Positions 37,917 through 52,145 of a stretch of DNA of 64,000 nucleotides are shown one piece after another (position 1 is the first letter of the stretch; every line of letters starts with the position of its first letter). Origin of the DNA: a virus (Duplodnaviria > Caudoviricetes); IMG/VR virus record IMGVR_UViG_642918906_000001, positions 160,001-224,000 of that record. One strand, written 5' to 3'. A program made the translations under genes and the position numbers. The notes beneath the pieces are model-generated. The model saw nothing but the letters and a program-made list of their open reading frames with translations. It ran no database searches and was not told the DNA's origin.

Positions 37917-40900
37917 ATCATCGTGGGCAATACCAACACCCAGCAATGCAGAAGTCGAAAGCAGTTTAGACTTACCATCTTTAGATGGGTCATACAAACG
38001 GGTCAAACCACGCATCGATGTGAAGTTAGCATCTGGCGTCATGTAAGCAATAATACCTACGTCACCAGAGTCAACAGTCGACTCAGATACAACACCCAAA
38101 TCAGACTCACCATAAATACGAGTACGAGCAACCATCGATACCGCTGCACGCCCACCATCACCACGATAGGTCATGGCTTCTTGTTCACGCAGGTTAGCGA
38201 TTGGGTTGGAGTCTTCAATCGTCGCTACAGTCGGGTCGTTGAGTTTAGTCCATACTTCATGACGATCCAGAATCACCTTGACATCAGTGGAACCTTCACG
38301 TGCATTGTAACGCTTGATGGCCTTAGACAACGAACTGAAGATCTGACCTGCAATACGTTCGTAACCACGATAGCGCATGTACTGACCATCTACTTCACCC
38401 GGAGACCAATCTTCCATCAACAGTTCAACCGATCTGAACAGCAGACCTTGGAAGTCTGTCGGTTCACCCATCTCTATCAGCATACCTTCAGTGATCGGAT
38501 CAACGAATGCCTCAAACAGGAAATCGATTTCACGAATGAAACGGTTACCCATGTCTTGTTCGATCAGCACACGGTGATACACATCCTTCTTATCGAAGTC
38601 ATAACGAGAGTAATTACGCAGCACTTTGTGATAACGACGCAGACCACCTAAGACCAACATCGAACGATAATCATCGCGTGGGAACACAAGGATCTCATCG
38701 TTGAATGCCAATGTGTAATCGTCGCCAGTCACCACGATACTCTTACCACGTGAATGCGCTTGGTAGCTAACGCCCAACAGATCCAGCAAGTTAGTCAACC
38801 CGAGTTGATAGCCCAATACAAAACCAATTGGGATGTCCTTACCCGAGATCTTAACGTCAACAGCTTCCAGTGGAGCTTTAGCAGCGTTGATACCAGTCAT
38901 GTCCAACAGCGTACCCATTGGTTCCAACTCGTTACCTTCTTTAAGATAGAAGATACCAGCTTTATCCAACAGAATAGCATGTCCTTCACGAACACCTACC
39001 ATTACGTATCCATCACGTTCATTGAACTCTGGATCGATGTTGAACTTTTCCTTAAAGTACTTAGCTCGATTAGGGTAGTTGAAGTAAAGGTGATTGGCAC
39101 CGTTGTCAATACTAGCGAACTTACCGGCCATGGCCGAGTAAACACGTGGTAGGTGATATTCAGACAGATCCAACTCAATGTATTTCTGGTTGGTCACAAT
39201 CGGGTTAGTAGCATCCCGAGCTTTCGTATCGATCTGACGAGTTAACCAAACATCAAAAGCATGCTCTGCACGAGGTGAACGCATAACGAATGTTTTATTG
39301 GTATAGCTAGTCAGCGCAACCCGAGTAGGAGATACTTTACGGATTGGAATATCTGCCCGCTGAACGCGTTGACGATACGTTACGCCGTTACTGAGGAAAC
39401 GACCATCTTTATCGATAACAGGAATTGTAAAGTTAAGTTGTGAAGCCATACCACGAACCGGCTTAACTGTAACCGTGAAGGTTTGAGTGTGGTTCATAGC
39501 GTCTTCGTTTTCTTGAATCTTGATATCTGTTACAGCCACGCCTTGACGTTGAATCGCCATGATCGATTGCAAGATATCTTTTGGTAACAGAGTCTTGATG
39601 TACTTACGCATCATCGACTTGTGTACCGAACGCAACATGGATTTATCCATGATGGTTGTTTTATCAGGGAACTCGTGAGCAGGTACCTCGAAGTCTTCCT
39701 TGGCGTATTGCATGGCTTCTTTAACAGTCAGACCACTACCAAATGGATCAGGCATTTCTTCATAACGCTGGGCGTCATCAATAGCCATCTCGAATGTACG
39801 TTCAGAGATCATACCCACTTTAGCCAGACGGAATGCACGCTTTGCTACACCATCCAACATCTTATCGCCAGTAGTGAACTCTTGGTCAATAATCGTAGCT
39901 GGACGAGCCTGTTCCACCTTGAGGGTCTTAGCTGCGACCCCACTGAGTTCATCGTTTTCGATGTTAAGCGTAGTACGTTCAAGATCCAGCTCTGGTGGTG
40001 GCTCAAAAGTAACCTGCAAAATATCCAGATCGAACGACCGGTATACTTTACTGAGAGGTGGCGTTACCACCTCAGGTTCTTCGATATCGAGGTCAACACT
40101 GACTTGCTTAGCTTTGATCTCTACCGGTTCTTCCTCTTCAGAGAACTCTTCTTCGTCTTCATTAACGACGATTACTGGCTCATCAGATTCTTCAGCTTCG
40201 GCTTCGATCATGGCATTGGCTTGAACGTTAGCATCGTTCTCGATCAGTTGATCGTTACCAGCAGCATACTCAACCAGAGTAGTCATCAAACTAACAAAGC
40301 GGCGCTGAATCAACTCAGGTTTGAAGTAAGCTTCCATGCCGAATTCATCGACATAGGTTTCAAAGCCGTATGTCAATCGTTCGCTAATACCCATATCAGA
40401 GAGGTTACGTTTCTCTTCATAGGTCTCATAGTTACCGTCGGCATCTTGATAAGTCTCAAAAGTAACTGCATCTTCCAGTAGCTTGAGTTTATCCGCTTCT
40501 TTCTCTTCTTCGGTCTGTTCACGCCATTCGTCCAGCTTACCCAAGTTGATAACAAAGAAGCTACCTTGAACTCGGATAAAGAAGTTGATCTGCGGGAAGT
40601 ATTTCTTATCGACTTTAGAGACAAACGAAGTCTTACGATCTGGACCCAAGAATCGATACAGATCAAACAGATCCATCAATTCACCTGTACGGAAAGTCTC
40701 CAACAGGTTTTGAGTTTGAGACGTTTCGAACATCTTGAACTGAGCCATAGTCGGCATCGATTCAGGAACATGCAGCTCGATGAAATGGTTCCACGTTGGG
40801 AACCGAGTGCAGGCATCTTGTACCCCATCCCAGAAAGTAGCCGTGTCGTTCACCCAACGATAGTAGTTAGCTTTATAGCTAGCGATGTATCGATACAGTG

Positions 40901-41279
40901 GATTCAGCAGGTTGTAGTTAAACAACGCTACGTTCTGTTGGTTCAGTTTAACCGATTCATCACGACGCAGTGGTTTGAAGAAACGATTCTGTCTACGGAA
41001 GTCATTAATCAAAGTAGGTGGTAACACCGAAGTACGCTTTGGGTTACCTACTTCAGACTTAAGTTCGGTGATCTGTTCAAGGAACACCTTACCTTTAAGT
41101 TTGGCAATGATTGGATCTACTTGCGATGGACCTAAGACGGCTTGGTTATCCGCATGAAAGTGATACACTGTTTCCATAGGGAAATCGAATTTACCAATCG
41201 CGTGCAGACGCGGAGACTGAAGCTCCGCTGCCTGACGTAGACCAAAGCTTCTTAAAAACTGGTCAATTTTTAAACGCAT
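37917..41279 (-). CDS. rpoB: Virion RNA polymerase beta subunit (gp178-like), exon 1; spliced product 1500 aa
   Basis: GRFLSNG, SNPIA.L..Q...T..G.GG, G....STVDSG.VG, ending ALLGVGIAHDD at the intron. Confidence 0.9.
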
Positions 41280-41282
41280 GTT

Positions 41283-42935
41283 TTACTTCCTTGGGATAGG
41301 ATCGCCTGTCATATAACGCAGCGTCAAGTTAAGGGTATGAATATTCAGAGAGAATGCGATACCGCCACCGGCTCGAATATAGGCAAGACGGGATTTAAAG
41401 AATTTGTTGCACTCTGCAATGGACTCTTCCGAATAGCATGCAATCCACGAGGTGGTGTCACCATCGAAGTCAGCTGTGAGGGGAGCAAGGGTAGCAGGAG
41501 GTAGACTAATGGAGTCGTGCCACTGTGCTGGTTTGTTCAGTTCGAATACAGGGTATTCTAATGCAACTGGTAAAGTGTCATCACGTTCCCAATCCCAACC
41601 TAGTGGATAGCGCATCTCACCTTTAACAGTGGTTTTCAGGTACATGCGGCAAGGGATGGACGAGTTATAGTTCTCGATCGGGTAACGGGTAACAAAACCT
41701 ACAGTGGTATTCCACATAGATAAGCCTGCCAAGTAAACCAGCTCCGAATAAGTGAGTGGTCTAATGTTAGCCTTGTCTAAATGCTTTGGAAACTCAGAGA
41801 TATCGCGGAACACTTTAAATGTTTTATCCGGTCCTAGGTATACCAATGCCAGATAATGACCTTCGATCTCAATAGCCCGTGAACGCTGATCCACTACCTT
41901 AAGTTCGTTGATCACTTTCTCCAAACCATCAGGTGTACCCCATCGGTCGATTGTATCAACACCGATATCAACTGGCACCAACTTAAGCGTCTTCTTATCA
42001 ATAAGCTCAACTTGCTGTGTAAGGGTATCAAAGATACCGCTGAGTACAGAGTTACGCAAACCGAAGATCGTCTTAGGTTTAACCGATACAGCACCTTGAT
42101 ACAAACCGATCGCAACGTCTTTAAACTTAGGACGGTTAGGGAGGTCCAAGTCAGCAGCGTTAGTATCCAGAGAACTAATAACGTTTCGAGTACCGTTAAA
42201 GACTTTACGCGAAGCCCAGTTCGCCTGAATGAAACCACCTTTACCTGAGAGCAGTTTCTCATAATGCAGGTAGATCTCAAGTACTGTGTTCTGCAAAGCT
42301 ACACGCTTACGATCGTAAATCGACATGTCGTCATTAGGACCGAAGTACTCAGGAACGTCACGGGCTTGCATTAATAGACGACGATACATCTCGTTAACTT
42401 CGTCCATCGTAGTTCGACCGAATGCATCGATCTCAACTTCACGATAAGCGGCAGGTGCTACCAAGAATTGTTTCAGGATACAGTTAGGTTTATATTTCTC
42501 GATCAGTTGCAGTCGATTCAATCGAATACCGGAGCCTGTCGACTGGAAGTCAACGTTCTTCCAGTTATCAAAGAAGAAAGTATAACCTGTTTGACCTTCC
42601 AGTTCGTTGGACGGAACAAAGTCACGTAGGTTCCGATCGAAAATAGCAAACGCCTTACCGAGGATAATTTGTTCGTAGAAACTCTTGAGCTTTAGAATGT
42701 TACGGTAGATAACCGGATGGATTACGGGCAAACCCAGATCTATGTAACCAAAACGAGACTCACGGTCATTCGATCCGATCCGACCAAAGATCTCAACGGA
42801 GAACAAACCTTTCTCGTGAAAGTTACCGCCCAAGCCTTCGAAGATTTCGTGACTGGTGACTTGACCCAACATAGCGAGCTGTTGTTGAGTTGGAATCAGC
42901 AGTGAAATATTGAAGGGCAATAATGCCTTTTTCAT
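41283..42935 (-). CDS. rpoC: Virion RNA polymerase beta-prime subunit, catalytic fragment (gp180-like)
   Basis: GLFS.EIFG, FGYIDL..PV.HP, R.VI, TRYP, catalytic ADFDGD. Confidence 0.92.
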   Translation of the reverse strand: MKKALLPFNISLLIPTQQQLAMLGQVTSHEIFEGLGGNFHEKGLFSVEIFGRIGSNDRESRFGYIDLGLPVIHPVIYRNILKLKSFYEQIILGKAFAIFDRNLRDFVPSNELEGQTGYTFFFDNWKNVDFQSTGSGIRLNRLQLIEKYKPNCILKQFLVAPAAYREVEIDAFGRTTMDEVNEMYRRLLMQARDVPEYFGPNDDMSIYDRKRVALQNTVLEIYLHYEKLLSGKGGFIQANWASRKVFNGTRNVISSLDTNAADLDLPNRPKFKDVAIGLYQGAVSVKPKTIFGLRNSVLSGIFDTLTQQVELIDKKTLKLVPVDIGVDTIDRWGTPDGLEKVINELKVVDQRSRAIEIEGHYLALVYLGPDKTFKVFRDISEFPKHLDKANIRPLTYSELVYLAGLSMWNTTVGFVTRYPIENYNSSIPCRMYLKTTVKGEMRYPLGWDWERDDTLPVALEYPVFELNKPAQWHDSISLPPATLAPLTADFDGDTTSWIACYSEESIAECNKFFKSRLAYIRAGGGIAFSLNIHTLNLTLRYMTGDPIPRK

Positions 42936-43006
42936 CTTACTTTACCTCAATGGGGTGTTTACGTGTTAACGATATGAATCTTTAAGATATCGATGGAGTT
43001 ATTACA

Positions 43007-46000
43007 ATGGCTAAAAAGAGTGTGCCCTTACGGAAACCAGCTGGTTCTGATGGGCAAGGCAACATCAAAGTACCCGGTGGGCCAGTTGTTCTGGACCTGG
43101 GTGATTTCGACGATATCTTTGGTCCAATGGAAAGTGAATCGCCAAAGCAGGGTCCATTGGGTCAGTTCTACACTGGACTCAAAGACTCACTTAGTGATCG
43201 ATTTAAAACAAAAGACATCGTGCGTAACTTCCTGCGCTCGGCGGCACCTGACGGTATTTCTAACGTCATGGGTTTTGCCGACGAGGCTATGGCGGTAACA
43301 CGCGACATCAAAGAATCGCTGGAACGTACTAACGCTGCTGATTTACAATACATTGCCAAGAAAGCGCAACAGATCTTACCTCAGGTTAAAGACTACGTCT
43401 CTGAGGACACTTACAACAACATCAGTGAAGGTCTAGAGAATAAGATTGATGAGTATGACTATACCATCCAATCCGGTCGAGACCAGACAGCAATTCGTCG
43501 CGCTCGTCAAGAAGAGAGCGACAGCAATCAAATAAAAGCGGCGATGGATAACATCGCTCTAACAGAACGTTTAAACCATAACAAGTCTGAACAGGCTGCT
43601 AACGCACGTCATAACCAAAGTCGTGCCGAGAACTCGATCCGTGATGTCTTAACGACTAAACGTTTTGACTTCATGGCTAAGTCCATGGGTATGGCAGTTG
43701 ATTCATTACAACGCCTTGCAGGTTATAATGAACAAGTTGATTATGGGTTTCAAAGAAAAGGTTTAGAGTTACAGTTCCGTAGTTATCTCGGTATCAAAGA
43801 ACTGGTTAAGCTTTCTGAAGCGCACCTAGAACTTAATGCTCGGGCTTATAACTCGATCGTCCGTAACACAGCATTGGCGGATCATCAGAAGACTAATCGA
43901 AAAGATTTAGGTCAGATAGGTAATGGGCAATCCAATAGTCGTGGTTTTGCATCTAATGCAGCACGTGCAATTGGTGGGAAAACCCTCTCTCAGTTCTACG
44001 GTAATTATAGTGGTAACGTACAGTCTCGAGTGACCGACTCATTGAGTCAAAAGCTCGGTATGGCGGTACAAGCTATTAAGATGGGCGAGGCTGGCCCTAA
44101 CCTTTGGGATAACAAGTATTCGTTTGCTGGCGGTATTGCCGGAGACTTCCTGTCAGATTTCCTTCTTAACGACTTAGTCCCAATGATGGGTCGTGAAGCA
44201 CGTAGTCCACTGACCAAGCTTTCTAATAAATACGGTGGTCGTCATAACCAAGCTGGTTACCTCATGGACAACATGCCGGCATTCATGCAGGAGTTCGTGA
44301 ACAACAACCAAAATCAACATGGTTGGAAAGGTTCAATCCGTAATTTGATCGCCCCCTACGTTCCACAGTTTGGATTGCAGGATCGGTTACAGAACGGAAC
44401 GTTCCAAACAATTGACCAGCATGCGGCATTTAACCAAGCCACCCAACGTAGTATCGTTGACGCTATCCCAGGCTACCTTGCTCGTATCTTACAAGAGATG
44501 CGAATGATCCGTACTGGTAGTGACCAAGTAGCGCGCGAAGTTTTTGACATGACCACGGGTAAGTTTGGTGTCGAAGCTAATATGCATGACAACATTCAGA
44601 ATCGTATCTTACCAGAGAATGCTGTTCGTAGTGCTTCGGCTACTATTAACGATGCACTCAACCAGATCGACAAAGATGGTAAGCTTAGTGCCGGTGCGCG
44701 AAAGGCATTAGGTGAGCGGTTATTACGCGACTCATCATCTAACCAACGTTTCGATCCAGAGGCGTATATCCGCACACGCGGTTACGCCCAAGGCACTAGC
44801 CCAGAAGTAGCTGCTGAACTTGAGCAACATTTCCGTGGTCAGTTTGAGTTTGACAATAAGGGTAAGATGGCTGATACCGCCGCTAACCACCAACTACGCC
44901 AAGAGTTCTCTCAAGCCTTCTTAGACATCCGTAGTATTTCTCGTGATCCAATCAAAGAAATCAATCGGATGATTAACTCTGGTCATACTGAACCCCTCCG
45001 TGCGTTGGGTATCATTGTTACTGAGAAAGGTTACGATCGGATTAACTATCCACGTATCTGGGAAATCCTTCGTAGTGGCGTAACGGGTCATAACCCTTAT
45101 GCCCCTGGTGGTGATGGAAACGATCCTAACACAATCGATCGTTCTGGTGAGGCAGGTCATAAATCTTTTATGGGTCCACAACACCCAGGTCTCGTTAAAG
45201 CTTTTGCAGCAAATAAGCTTGATGCTTTCCGTACTAAGTATGCTCCAGAGGAACAAGCAGCTCGTGACGCGATGGCTAAGCACCTTAAAGCAATGAGAGG
45301 TCGCTTTGGTTCTGCGTCTAAGAACGTCCAAGAGACCTTTGCAGACCTTACAGGCGGAAAGGGTACCGATTATACTCCTGGCATTCAAAGCTTCTCTAAG
45401 ATGATGTCAGCGGGCCCAGGCTTTGGTCCACAGAATCTAGGTGGTGGTTACTCCTCGTTTGTAGGTCAAGCTGTAGACGACCATAAAGACTCGATGCAAG
45501 GCTATGTCGCTAACGGCATGCAGCAACTCACTGACCTTTATAGTTCGTTTGATCCAACTCAACCAGTTATCAAAGGTATTGACTTTAGTATGGGTGATCT
45601 AATCGACATCAATACCAAGAAGATAATTACAAAGCCTTCTGATATCACAGGTGAAGTAATCAACCGACTCGGTCAGACTGTTGTAACTGCAACTGAAGCA
45701 GCAGCTGGCCTACTCTCACCTAAGGGTGAAGTTATTGTCAAAGCCGTTGAAGCTGGTGCAGCTGCAATTAGTAAAGCTATCGGGTTGAACCGAAAGACTA
45801 ACCAATCTGAGTCGTCTACCGACAATGAGTCAACAGATCCTAACGGGGCTGAACAACTCAATAAACAGGACTGGTCGTTGGGTCCTGGTGAGAATCCTAT
45901 TATCACCGCACGTGGTATGTTGAATGGCGACTATCGTGACGCAGCGGGTAAGATCATTGATTCGATCGCTGACATCAGTTCTGACGTTTATGACAAGACT

Positions 46001-49000
46001 GGTAACTTAGTATTAACGGCTAAAGAGTTTGCTAACGGTCTTTGGTCTAAACGTACTGGTAAACGATACCGTCCGACTAAGGGGTTGTCTAAATTACTTG
46101 CCCTTGCAAAAGGCGCATCAAAGTTCTCTGGAACTAATGCCACATCAATGGGCTTTGCTGCCATGAAGTTTGCAGGTAAAGCAGCACTAGGTGTAGCTTC
46201 CGCAGCATTTAACTTTGTAATGGATAACCAGAATGCATACCTTCCAGGTGAACCTGTTCCGGTAATCACTCGTCGGCAATTGCAGGCTGGTGAATATTAC
46301 GATGACAAAGGTAAAACCATCGAAGACTTCGCAGACGTTTATTCTCCTATTTACAATGCTCAAGGTGAGGCAGTAATTGCACCAGAGTTATATAAACAGT
46401 TGACTAACTTCGACGGGTCTAAACACGTACTGGCTAAGAACCGTCGTATCTGGGCTAAATTCATCATGCGTCCTATCCGGGCTGTTCGTGATGCTTATAT
46501 GCGTCAAACCAAACGCTATTACAAATGGCTTGGTAAGACGACAGCGAAAGCGGGAGGTTGGTTAGGCGGTAAATTGTTTGGTGGCTTTGCTAAGAGGGGT
46601 AGTAACCTCTTAGGTTCTGCTTTTGATAGCGTAGAAGATCCAAACACCAAAGCGCAGATCGATGCAACATTAATGGCTTCGCAGCAACAGACTTCTGTAA
46701 TGGAACAAGTGTTGCAGGCTATTCAGGACCTTAAACCAAAAGAGCTTCGTAAGGGTAGTTGGCAAGAACAAGCTGCTCGCAAGATGGGGCTTGGTTCAAA
46801 AGATCCTAAAGCTGCTGGCAAAGACGGCGATGAGAAACAAGCCGGATTCCTTAAACGTGGGTTAGCTGGTTTGGCATCAATGCTTGGCCTTGGTAATAAA
46901 GGTGAGGACGATGACGATGATGGATTCGGTCTTGAGGATGCAGCTGACTTAGCTGACATCGGTGATGCTGCTGGTAATGCTCGTGAACGGGGACGTAGAC
47001 GTCGCGGCGGTAAGCGCGGTTGGTTCGGTCGTATGTGGGACAAAGCCAAAGGTTCCAAGCTCGGTAAGTGGGGTGGTGGTCTGGTCGAGAAAGCGGGTCA
47101 GTCTCGTCTTGGTCAGATGGCCGGTCGTGGCCTAGCCATGGCTGGTGAATCGGCAGCGGGTCGTGCTGGTCTTGGTGTGGTTACTCAGGTAGCTAAGCGT
47201 CCAACGCTCTGGACGGCGGTTGCAGCGGCTTCCGTTGGTATGGGTGCTTACCTATACTCCAGTATCAAAAGCTCGTCTGGTGAGTTCCGTAGACTGCGTC
47301 TGGCACAATACGGTATCCGTGGGATGCGTCGTGAACTGAAGGTACTTGAGCTGGAAGCACTCCTTGAGAAATACACTGACAAGAACTCTGATTCACCGTC
47401 GTTCAGCCTTAATGGTGCCGGGGCTAAAGACATCTTGAGTATCATGGGTATTGATCTGGATAACCAAGCCGAGGTACAGAACTTTGCTAAGTGGCTTGAC
47501 CTGCGTTTTAAACCTGTTTATCTTGCGTGGATCGGTGGTCTTAATAAGATCGGTCAATCTCAGGTTAAGATAAATGAGATCGATGACAAAGTTCCTAAAG
47601 AACTCAAAGCCGACTTGTTGGACTCGGTACGGTTCCCTTACAATGGTGATACCCCATACGCTGTTTTGGTTAACCCATTTGATCCAGATGATACCCCAGA
47701 ACCTAACGCTGAATACATCTCCAAGATGTTCGATGAACTGAAAGCTGAGTACGATCCTGAAAGGAAAGCTGCTGAAGCCAAAGTTGATAAGAAAGGTGAT
47801 GGTAAAGGGACGATGGAGAAAGCGGCTGCTGCTGGTACTATTGGCACTGCTGTTGCAACTGGGAACGCGGCTAAAGACTTGGTAACCAAACAAGCTGCTG
47901 CCGGCGACAAGAACAGTGATGTACTGAAGACTCCTTTGGCCGCTACGGCTGCCGCAGCGTCGAGTATGTCAGGGACAATCGCAAACCTGAACGAACGTAT
48001 CGGTAACTCCATCACGGGGCTCCAAGCGATTCGTATGCGTGCTTACGGTGTACAGACGTTGCATTTGTCTGACGTACGTAGCTTACTGGCTTTGGAAGCG
48101 GTATATGCCAAAGACCTGACTGCGGTAGATGGTGTCGTTGACTACAATGGTGACGAATCTAAACTGCTTGCAGCCGCAGGTGCGTTGTTAGGTAAGGATA
48201 CATCGGTTGGTTCAAGTGATCGTCCTAAACTCTACAACTGGTTGGTTCAACGTTTTGGTCCAACATTCCGTGCCTACTACGGTACAGCTAAAGGTTTAAA
48301 TCCTTCTGCTGAACTTAAGTCTATGGAATCCAAGTTAAGTGGTGCTGATAAAGTAACTGTAGGTCAAGCCGTAATGGGTGCGGTCTATCGTCACGATCAA
48401 ACAGTGTGGGATAGTGAAAGTATCTTTGATGTTAAAGGTCCTTTGTCAGATCTTAAGCGTTTGGCTGATGCCGACTTAGAACAACTGCGGAAAGACTCTG
48501 CGAAGGAAGTCATTGACTCTCCAACCCAGAAAGGTTCCGATCAGATGGCTGGTAAGAATGCTGCTGAAACTGGTGGCAGTTTTGCTGACAAAGTCGTAGG
48601 TACTATCAAAGACACTTGGAACAAAACCACTGAGACTGTATCCGGTGCTTGGAACCGGGCATCTGACGCTGCGCAGGATACATATGCCGGTGCTAAGATT
48701 GCTATCGGTATGGGTCCTGACTACGGTGAGGGTGGTGCCAAAGGTGGTGCTGTTAAATCCACGGGTACAGGCGGCACAATGCTTTCGGGTACAGGTGGTA
48801 AGTTTGAGGAACTCCCTTATCCTTCTGCTAACGGTTCTATCAAAGCAGCATACCCAACTTTGTTGGCTGCTGGTAAGATGACTGGTGTACCGGTAGACTG
48901 GTTGACAGTGATTGCAGGTATTGAATCTAACTTTAACTACGATATCAAAGCATCAACCTCCAGTGCAACTGGTTGGTATCAGTTTATCGACAGTACTTGG

Positions 49001-50020
49001 GATCAGGTAGTTAAACAGTACGGTGCCAAATACGGTATCCCTGGGAAACAAGCTGACCCTGAGCGTAAAGCCCGTAAAGACCCTCGTGCCAGTGCCCTGA
49101 TGGGTGCCGAGTTCATTAAGGCTAACTACGCCACTGTTAGTAAAGGTATTGGTCGTAATGACTTAACTGATACTGATATCTACATGGCTCACTTCTTAGG
49201 TCCAGGTGGGGCAATCAAGTTCCTTAAAGCTGATCCTAACGCAATGGCTTACAAGATCTTCAGCAAAGAATACTCGGCTAACATGGCGATCTTCTTTGTG
49301 AACAGTAAACCTTCTCAACCGCGTACCATTTCTGACGTCTATAAGCTATTCCAAGCTAAGATGGATAAGTTCTGGAATACTGTTGGTAAAGGTTACCGTC
49401 AGGGTTCTGGTGAGTCACCGAGTAATACGGCCAACGCCGATGCTCAAACTCCGGGCGCTGTAGAGAATAGCCAAACTGCTGATGAAGCTGCAATGAAGGA
49501 TAAACTGAAAGCCGAGGCCTCTAACAAAGACGGTATGGGTTCTGACACTAAGGGTGAACAACCTGCTGGTGGCAACAGTGATATCAAACAAGGTGATGGT
49601 ACTGGTTCAGTTCAGTCCTTAGCCCGCAACACTGCTCCAATGCCGGGTGCTCCTGCAACTGGTGGCGGTAGTAGCTCTTCGGTTAGTAACACTGGTACTG
49701 ACTCGGGTGCAGGTACAGCTGACTCGCAACAGCAAGCTCAGCTAGATGCAGCTCAAGCTCAGAATACTCGTCGTGCAGCGGAAGTAAAACGTGATCAGAA
49801 TGTGGCGGCGGATGTTAATGACATCCAAGTTCGGCAACTGAATACACTGTTTGAAATCCGTGACCTGACACAACTCCAATTGGATAACTCCAAAGATTTG
49901 TTGAAGGCATTCACTGGCGGTCAATCGGCAGGTGGGCAAGGTTCAGGTAATAATATGAATCCGTCTACGATGCAGGGTCGTCCAGCTGCCCAGCGTGAAA
50001 GCAGTGTGACACTACGCTAA
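43007..50020 (+). CDS. Large tail protein with C-terminal lytic transglycosylase (phiKZ gp181-like)
   Basis: 2337 aa; [25 protein letters not shown] and [16 protein letters not shown]-like motifs; central D.Y..G..L repeats. Confidence 0.88.
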   Translation: MAKKSVPLRKPAGSDGQGNIKVPGGPVVLDLGDFDDIFGPMESESPKQGPLGQFYTGLKDSLSDRFKTKDIVRNFLRSAAPDGISNVMGFADEAMAVTRDIKESLERTNAADLQYIAKKAQQILPQVKDYVSEDTYNNISEGLENKIDEYDYTIQSGRDQTAIRRARQEESDSNQIKAAMDNIALTERLNHNKSEQAANARHNQSRAENSIRDVLTTKRFDFMAKSMGMAVDSLQRLAGYNEQVDYGFQRKGLELQFRSYLGIKELVKLSEAHLELNARAYNSIVRNTALADHQKTNRKDLGQIGNGQSNSRGFASNAARAIGGKTLSQFYGNYSGNVQSRVTDSLSQKLGMAVQAIKMGEAGPNLWDNKYSFAGGIAGDFLSDFLLNDLVPMMGREARSPLTKLSNKYGGRHNQAGYLMDNMPAFMQEFVNNNQNQHGWKGSIRNLIAPYVPQFGLQDRLQNGTFQTIDQHAAFNQATQRSIVDAIPGYLARILQEMRMIRTGSDQVAREVFDMTTGKFGVEANMHDNIQNRILPENAVRSASATINDALNQIDKDGKLSAGARKALGERLLRDSSSNQRFDPEAYIRTRGYAQGTSPEVAAELEQHFRGQFEFDNKGKMADTAANHQLRQEFSQAFLDIRSISRDPIKEINRMINSGHTEPLRALGIIVTEKGYDRINYPRIWEILRSGVTGHNPYAPGGDGNDPNTIDRSGEAGHKSFMGPQHPGLVKAFAANKLDAFRTKYAPEEQAARDAMAKHLKAMRGRFGSASKNVQETFADLTGGKGTDYTPGIQSFSKMMSAGPGFGPQNLGGGYSSFVGQAVDDHKDSMQGYVANGMQQLTDLYSSFDPTQPVIKGIDFSMGDLIDINTKKIITKPSDITGEVINRLGQTVVTATEAAAGLLSPKGEVIVKAVEAGAAAISKAIGLNRKTNQSESSTDNESTDPNGAEQLNKQDWSLGPGENPIITARGMLNGDYRDAAGKIIDSIADISSDVYDKTGNLVLTAKEFANGLWSKRTGKRYRPTKGLSKLLALAKGASKFSGTNATSMGFAAMKFAGKAALGVASAAFNFVMDNQNAYLPGEPVPVITRRQLQAGEYYDDKGKTIEDFADVYSPIYNAQGEAVIAPELYKQLTNFDGSKHVLAKNRRIWAKFIMRPIRAVRDAYMRQTKRYYKWLGKTTAKAGGWLGGKLFGGFAKRGSNLLGSAFDSVEDPNTKAQIDATLMASQQQTSVMEQVLQAIQDLKPKELRKGSWQEQAARKMGLGSKDPKAAGKDGDEKQAGFLKRGLAGLASMLGLGNKGEDDDDDGFGLEDAADLADIGDAAGNARERGRRRRGGKRGWFGRMWDKAKGSKLGKWGGGLVEKAGQSRLGQMAGRGLAMAGESAAGRAGLGVVTQVAKRPTLWTAVAAASVGMGAYLYSSIKSSSGEFRRLRLAQYGIRGMRRELKVLELEALLEKYTDKNSDSPSFSLNGAGAKDILSIMGIDLDNQAEVQNFAKWLDLRFKPVYLAWIGGLNKIGQSQVKINEIDDKVPKELKADLLDSVRFPYNGDTPYAVLVNPFDPDDTPEPNAEYISKMFDELKAEYDPERKAAEAKVDKKGDGKGTMEKAAAAGTIGTAVATGNAAKDLVTKQAAAGDKNSDVLKTPLAATAAAASSMSGTIANLNERIGNSITGLQAIRMRAYGVQTLHLSDVRSLLALEAVYAKDLTAVDGVVDYNGDESKLLAAAGALLGKDTSVGSSDRPKLYNWLVQRFGPTFRAYYGTAKGLNPSAELKSMESKLSGADKVTVGQAVMGAVYRHDQTVWDSESIFDVKGPLSDLKRLADADLEQLRKDSAKEVIDSPTQKGSDQMAGKNAAETGGSFADKVVGTIKDTWNKTTETVSGAWNRASDAAQDTYAGAKIAIGMGPDYGEGGAKGGAVKSTGTGGTMLSGTGGKFEELPYPSANGSIKAAYPTLLAAGKMTGVPVDWLTVIAGIESNFNYDIKASTSSATGWYQFIDSTWDQVVKQYGAKYGIPGKQADPERKARKDPRASALMGAEFIKANYATVSKGIGRNDLTDTDIYMAHFLGPGGAIKFLKADPNAMAYKIFSKEYSANMAIFFVNSKPSQPRTISDVYKLFQAKMDKFWNTVGKGYRQGSGESPSNTANADAQTPGAVENSQTADEAAMKDKLKAEASNKDGMGSDTKGEQPAGGNSDIKQGDGTGSVQSLARNTAPMPGAPATGGGSSSSVSNTGTDSGAGTADSQQQAQLDAAQAQNTRRAAEVKRDQNVAADVNDIQVRQLNTLFEIRDLTQLQLDNSKDLLKAFTGGQSAGGQGSGNNMNPSTMQGRPAAQRESSVTLR

Positions 50021-50023
50021 CAC

Positions 50024-50050
50024 TAGCCGGTCCTTCGGGACCGGCTATTA
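50024..50050 (+). terminator. Hairpin terminator
   Basis: TAGCCGGTCC-TTCG-GGACCGGCTA. Confidence 0.7.
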
Positions 50051-50070
50051 TTCCTTTCGAGGTTACAATA

Positions 50071-52071
50071 ATGGCCGAAGACTTACAACCCATCTGGCTA
50101 CGGAAAGCTTTCATGCTTCCAGTCAGTTATGATAAACGGAGTTATGGTTCTGGCGCAAAGCGTCGGGGCGCTAACTCAGCAGCATTCAAATTTACAAACA
50201 CATCCCCAGGCGGTAGCTTCCCAATCAACATGTTGCCCCAGTACACTCGTTATGCCGATATACGCGTACCGAGTCGTGGTCGTAGTCACAGTGATCGATT
50301 CCTAGGTATGGGTCGATACTACTCCGAGGCACATGACGACACCAAACAAGAAATTCACATGTCATTCGGCGTACCACGATTTAGTAGTTGGACGAGTTTC
50401 TTCACCAACTTCTACGATCGCAGTGCCGCGGCAATGGCTAACACGGGTGCAGGTACTGGACTGTGGTACAACTTAGGTAACGCGGCTGGTCTTTTAGTAT
50501 CGCTACCAGCACAGCCATTCATCTTGGGTTTGACGGGTACGATGCGAGTGATTAACTTCCTCACTCAGTCTCAGCCTTCTAAATGGTTCTACTTCAAACC
50601 TACAATGCACACGTACTGGTCCAGTGTTAACACCCTAGCTAACGAATTTGCAATCGGCCTAGGGATCACACCGTGGTTCTGGGCTAAAGAAGATGACCAG
50701 TTGGCCACACCGGGTGAGAAAGTAACAAAAGCTGACCTTGCCGAAATTAGTCGTATCTTCCCAACATTGTTTAGACCTGATGGTGGTGTGGATGTAATGG
50801 CACTGTCAGGCCGTGCTCAACGTATGTCCGATGCTTCACAGAAGTCTACTAAGGCTTTGATGGAGAAAGCGCGTACTATCGATGAACTGAATGCCGCCAC
50901 TGAGAAAGCAATGTCTCAGCCGGTAGAAGACCCTAACCCTGGGATCGATGCTCGAACTTACTTCCTTAACTACGTTGACACCATTGATAAGAAAGCTAGT
51001 GAAGACCCAACCGGTATTATCGATAACGAATTCTTCTCAAGCTGGTCTGACCTACAGCACATGTACAAATACATCGTGGGCGCTCAGCACGATGGTCAGC
51101 AGTTTGTTACCTTACGAGCTGACTATAATGGCGAGGTATCTGAAAGCTTTAGTAACTCTACCAAAGAAGTTGGCGTTGTACAAACCCTGAACACAAAAGT
51201 GAACGAAGGTCGTTCAGCAGCATTTAACTTCATGGGTGGTAACATTACTGAAGGCGTTGGCGCAATGACGGGTATGATTGCCGACTTTGTAACGGGTGCT
51301 CTAGATTCGGTAAACCTAGGTGGCTTGAGTGTTCTTACTGGTTCGGCATTCGTAGACGTTCCCGAGTACTGGGACTCTGCAATGGCCAGTCTACCAACTG
51401 CACAATACACGATCCCATTGATTACACCTTACGGTAACGTGATCTCACGCTTCCTCAATATCTATCTGCCGTTGGCGATGATTCTCCCTATGGGTCTACC
51501 ACGTTCAGCGGGCCGTTCTTCGTACACTGCCCCATTCTTGGTACAGATGTTCCATAAAGGCCGGGTACAACGTCAACTAGGGATTGTGGATTCTATTCAG
51601 ATCCGTCGTGGTACTGGTAACGTAGGCTGGAACGCTAACCACGAGATGTTAGGTTGTGAGGTAACCATTGGTGTTAAAGACCTGTCTAAGATCATGCATA
51701 TTCCTATTAAGGGTGGCTTCGCTTCCCCTAGCTGGATTGGCACTGGCGCTAGATGGGCTACAGCAACGGGCGCAGAGGCCGTTGTGAGTGCTGCTGGTGG
51801 TAACGGTGATGCTGGTATCGGCGCAGCCTTGGCGTTGACTGACGGTGCTGTGTGGGACGAACAATCCCTATTTAACGATTACGTTGCTACGTTGTGTTCT
51901 CAAAGTTGGAGTGATTTGTATTACGCAGGTAAACGGCTTAACTTGAACTTGACTCGAACAGTACAGTCATTTAAATCATGGCGTTCTCCATCTAACTTCG
52001 CTTCGTGGGTACTGGATGGTGATGTTGCACGTACGTTGTCTGCATTCGTACAAACGACTTCGCGATTCTAA
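50071..52071 (+). CDS. Baseplate/tail-tube-initiator-like virion protein (gp182-like)
   Basis: Follows the gp181-like gene; [34 protein letters not shown]. Confidence 0.75.
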   Translation: MAEDLQPIWLRKAFMLPVSYDKRSYGSGAKRRGANSAAFKFTNTSPGGSFPINMLPQYTRYADIRVPSRGRSHSDRFLGMGRYYSEAHDDTKQEIHMSFGVPRFSSWTSFFTNFYDRSAAAMANTGAGTGLWYNLGNAAGLLVSLPAQPFILGLTGTMRVINFLTQSQPSKWFYFKPTMHTYWSSVNTLANEFAIGLGITPWFWAKEDDQLATPGEKVTKADLAEISRIFPTLFRPDGGVDVMALSGRAQRMSDASQKSTKALMEKARTIDELNAATEKAMSQPVEDPNPGIDARTYFLNYVDTIDKKASEDPTGIIDNEFFSSWSDLQHMYKYIVGAQHDGQQFVTLRADYNGEVSESFSNSTKEVGVVQTLNTKVNEGRSAAFNFMGGNITEGVGAMTGMIADFVTGALDSVNLGGLSVLTGSAFVDVPEYWDSAMASLPTAQYTIPLITPYGNVISRFLNIYLPLAMILPMGLPRSAGRSSYTAPFLVQMFHKGRVQRQLGIVDSIQIRRGTGNVGWNANHEMLGCEVTIGVKDLSKIMHIPIKGGFASPSWIGTGARWATATGAEAVVSAAGGNGDAGIGAALALTDGAVWDEQSLFNDYVATLCSQSWSDLYYAGKRLNLNLTRTVQSFKSWRSPSNFASWVLDGDVARTLSAFVQTTSRF

Positions 52072-52145
52072 AAATTACTGGGGTGGTAGATTCTACAGAG
52101 GATCTACCGTCCCCTTAACTTTTATTCCCCATCGAGGATGCAATA

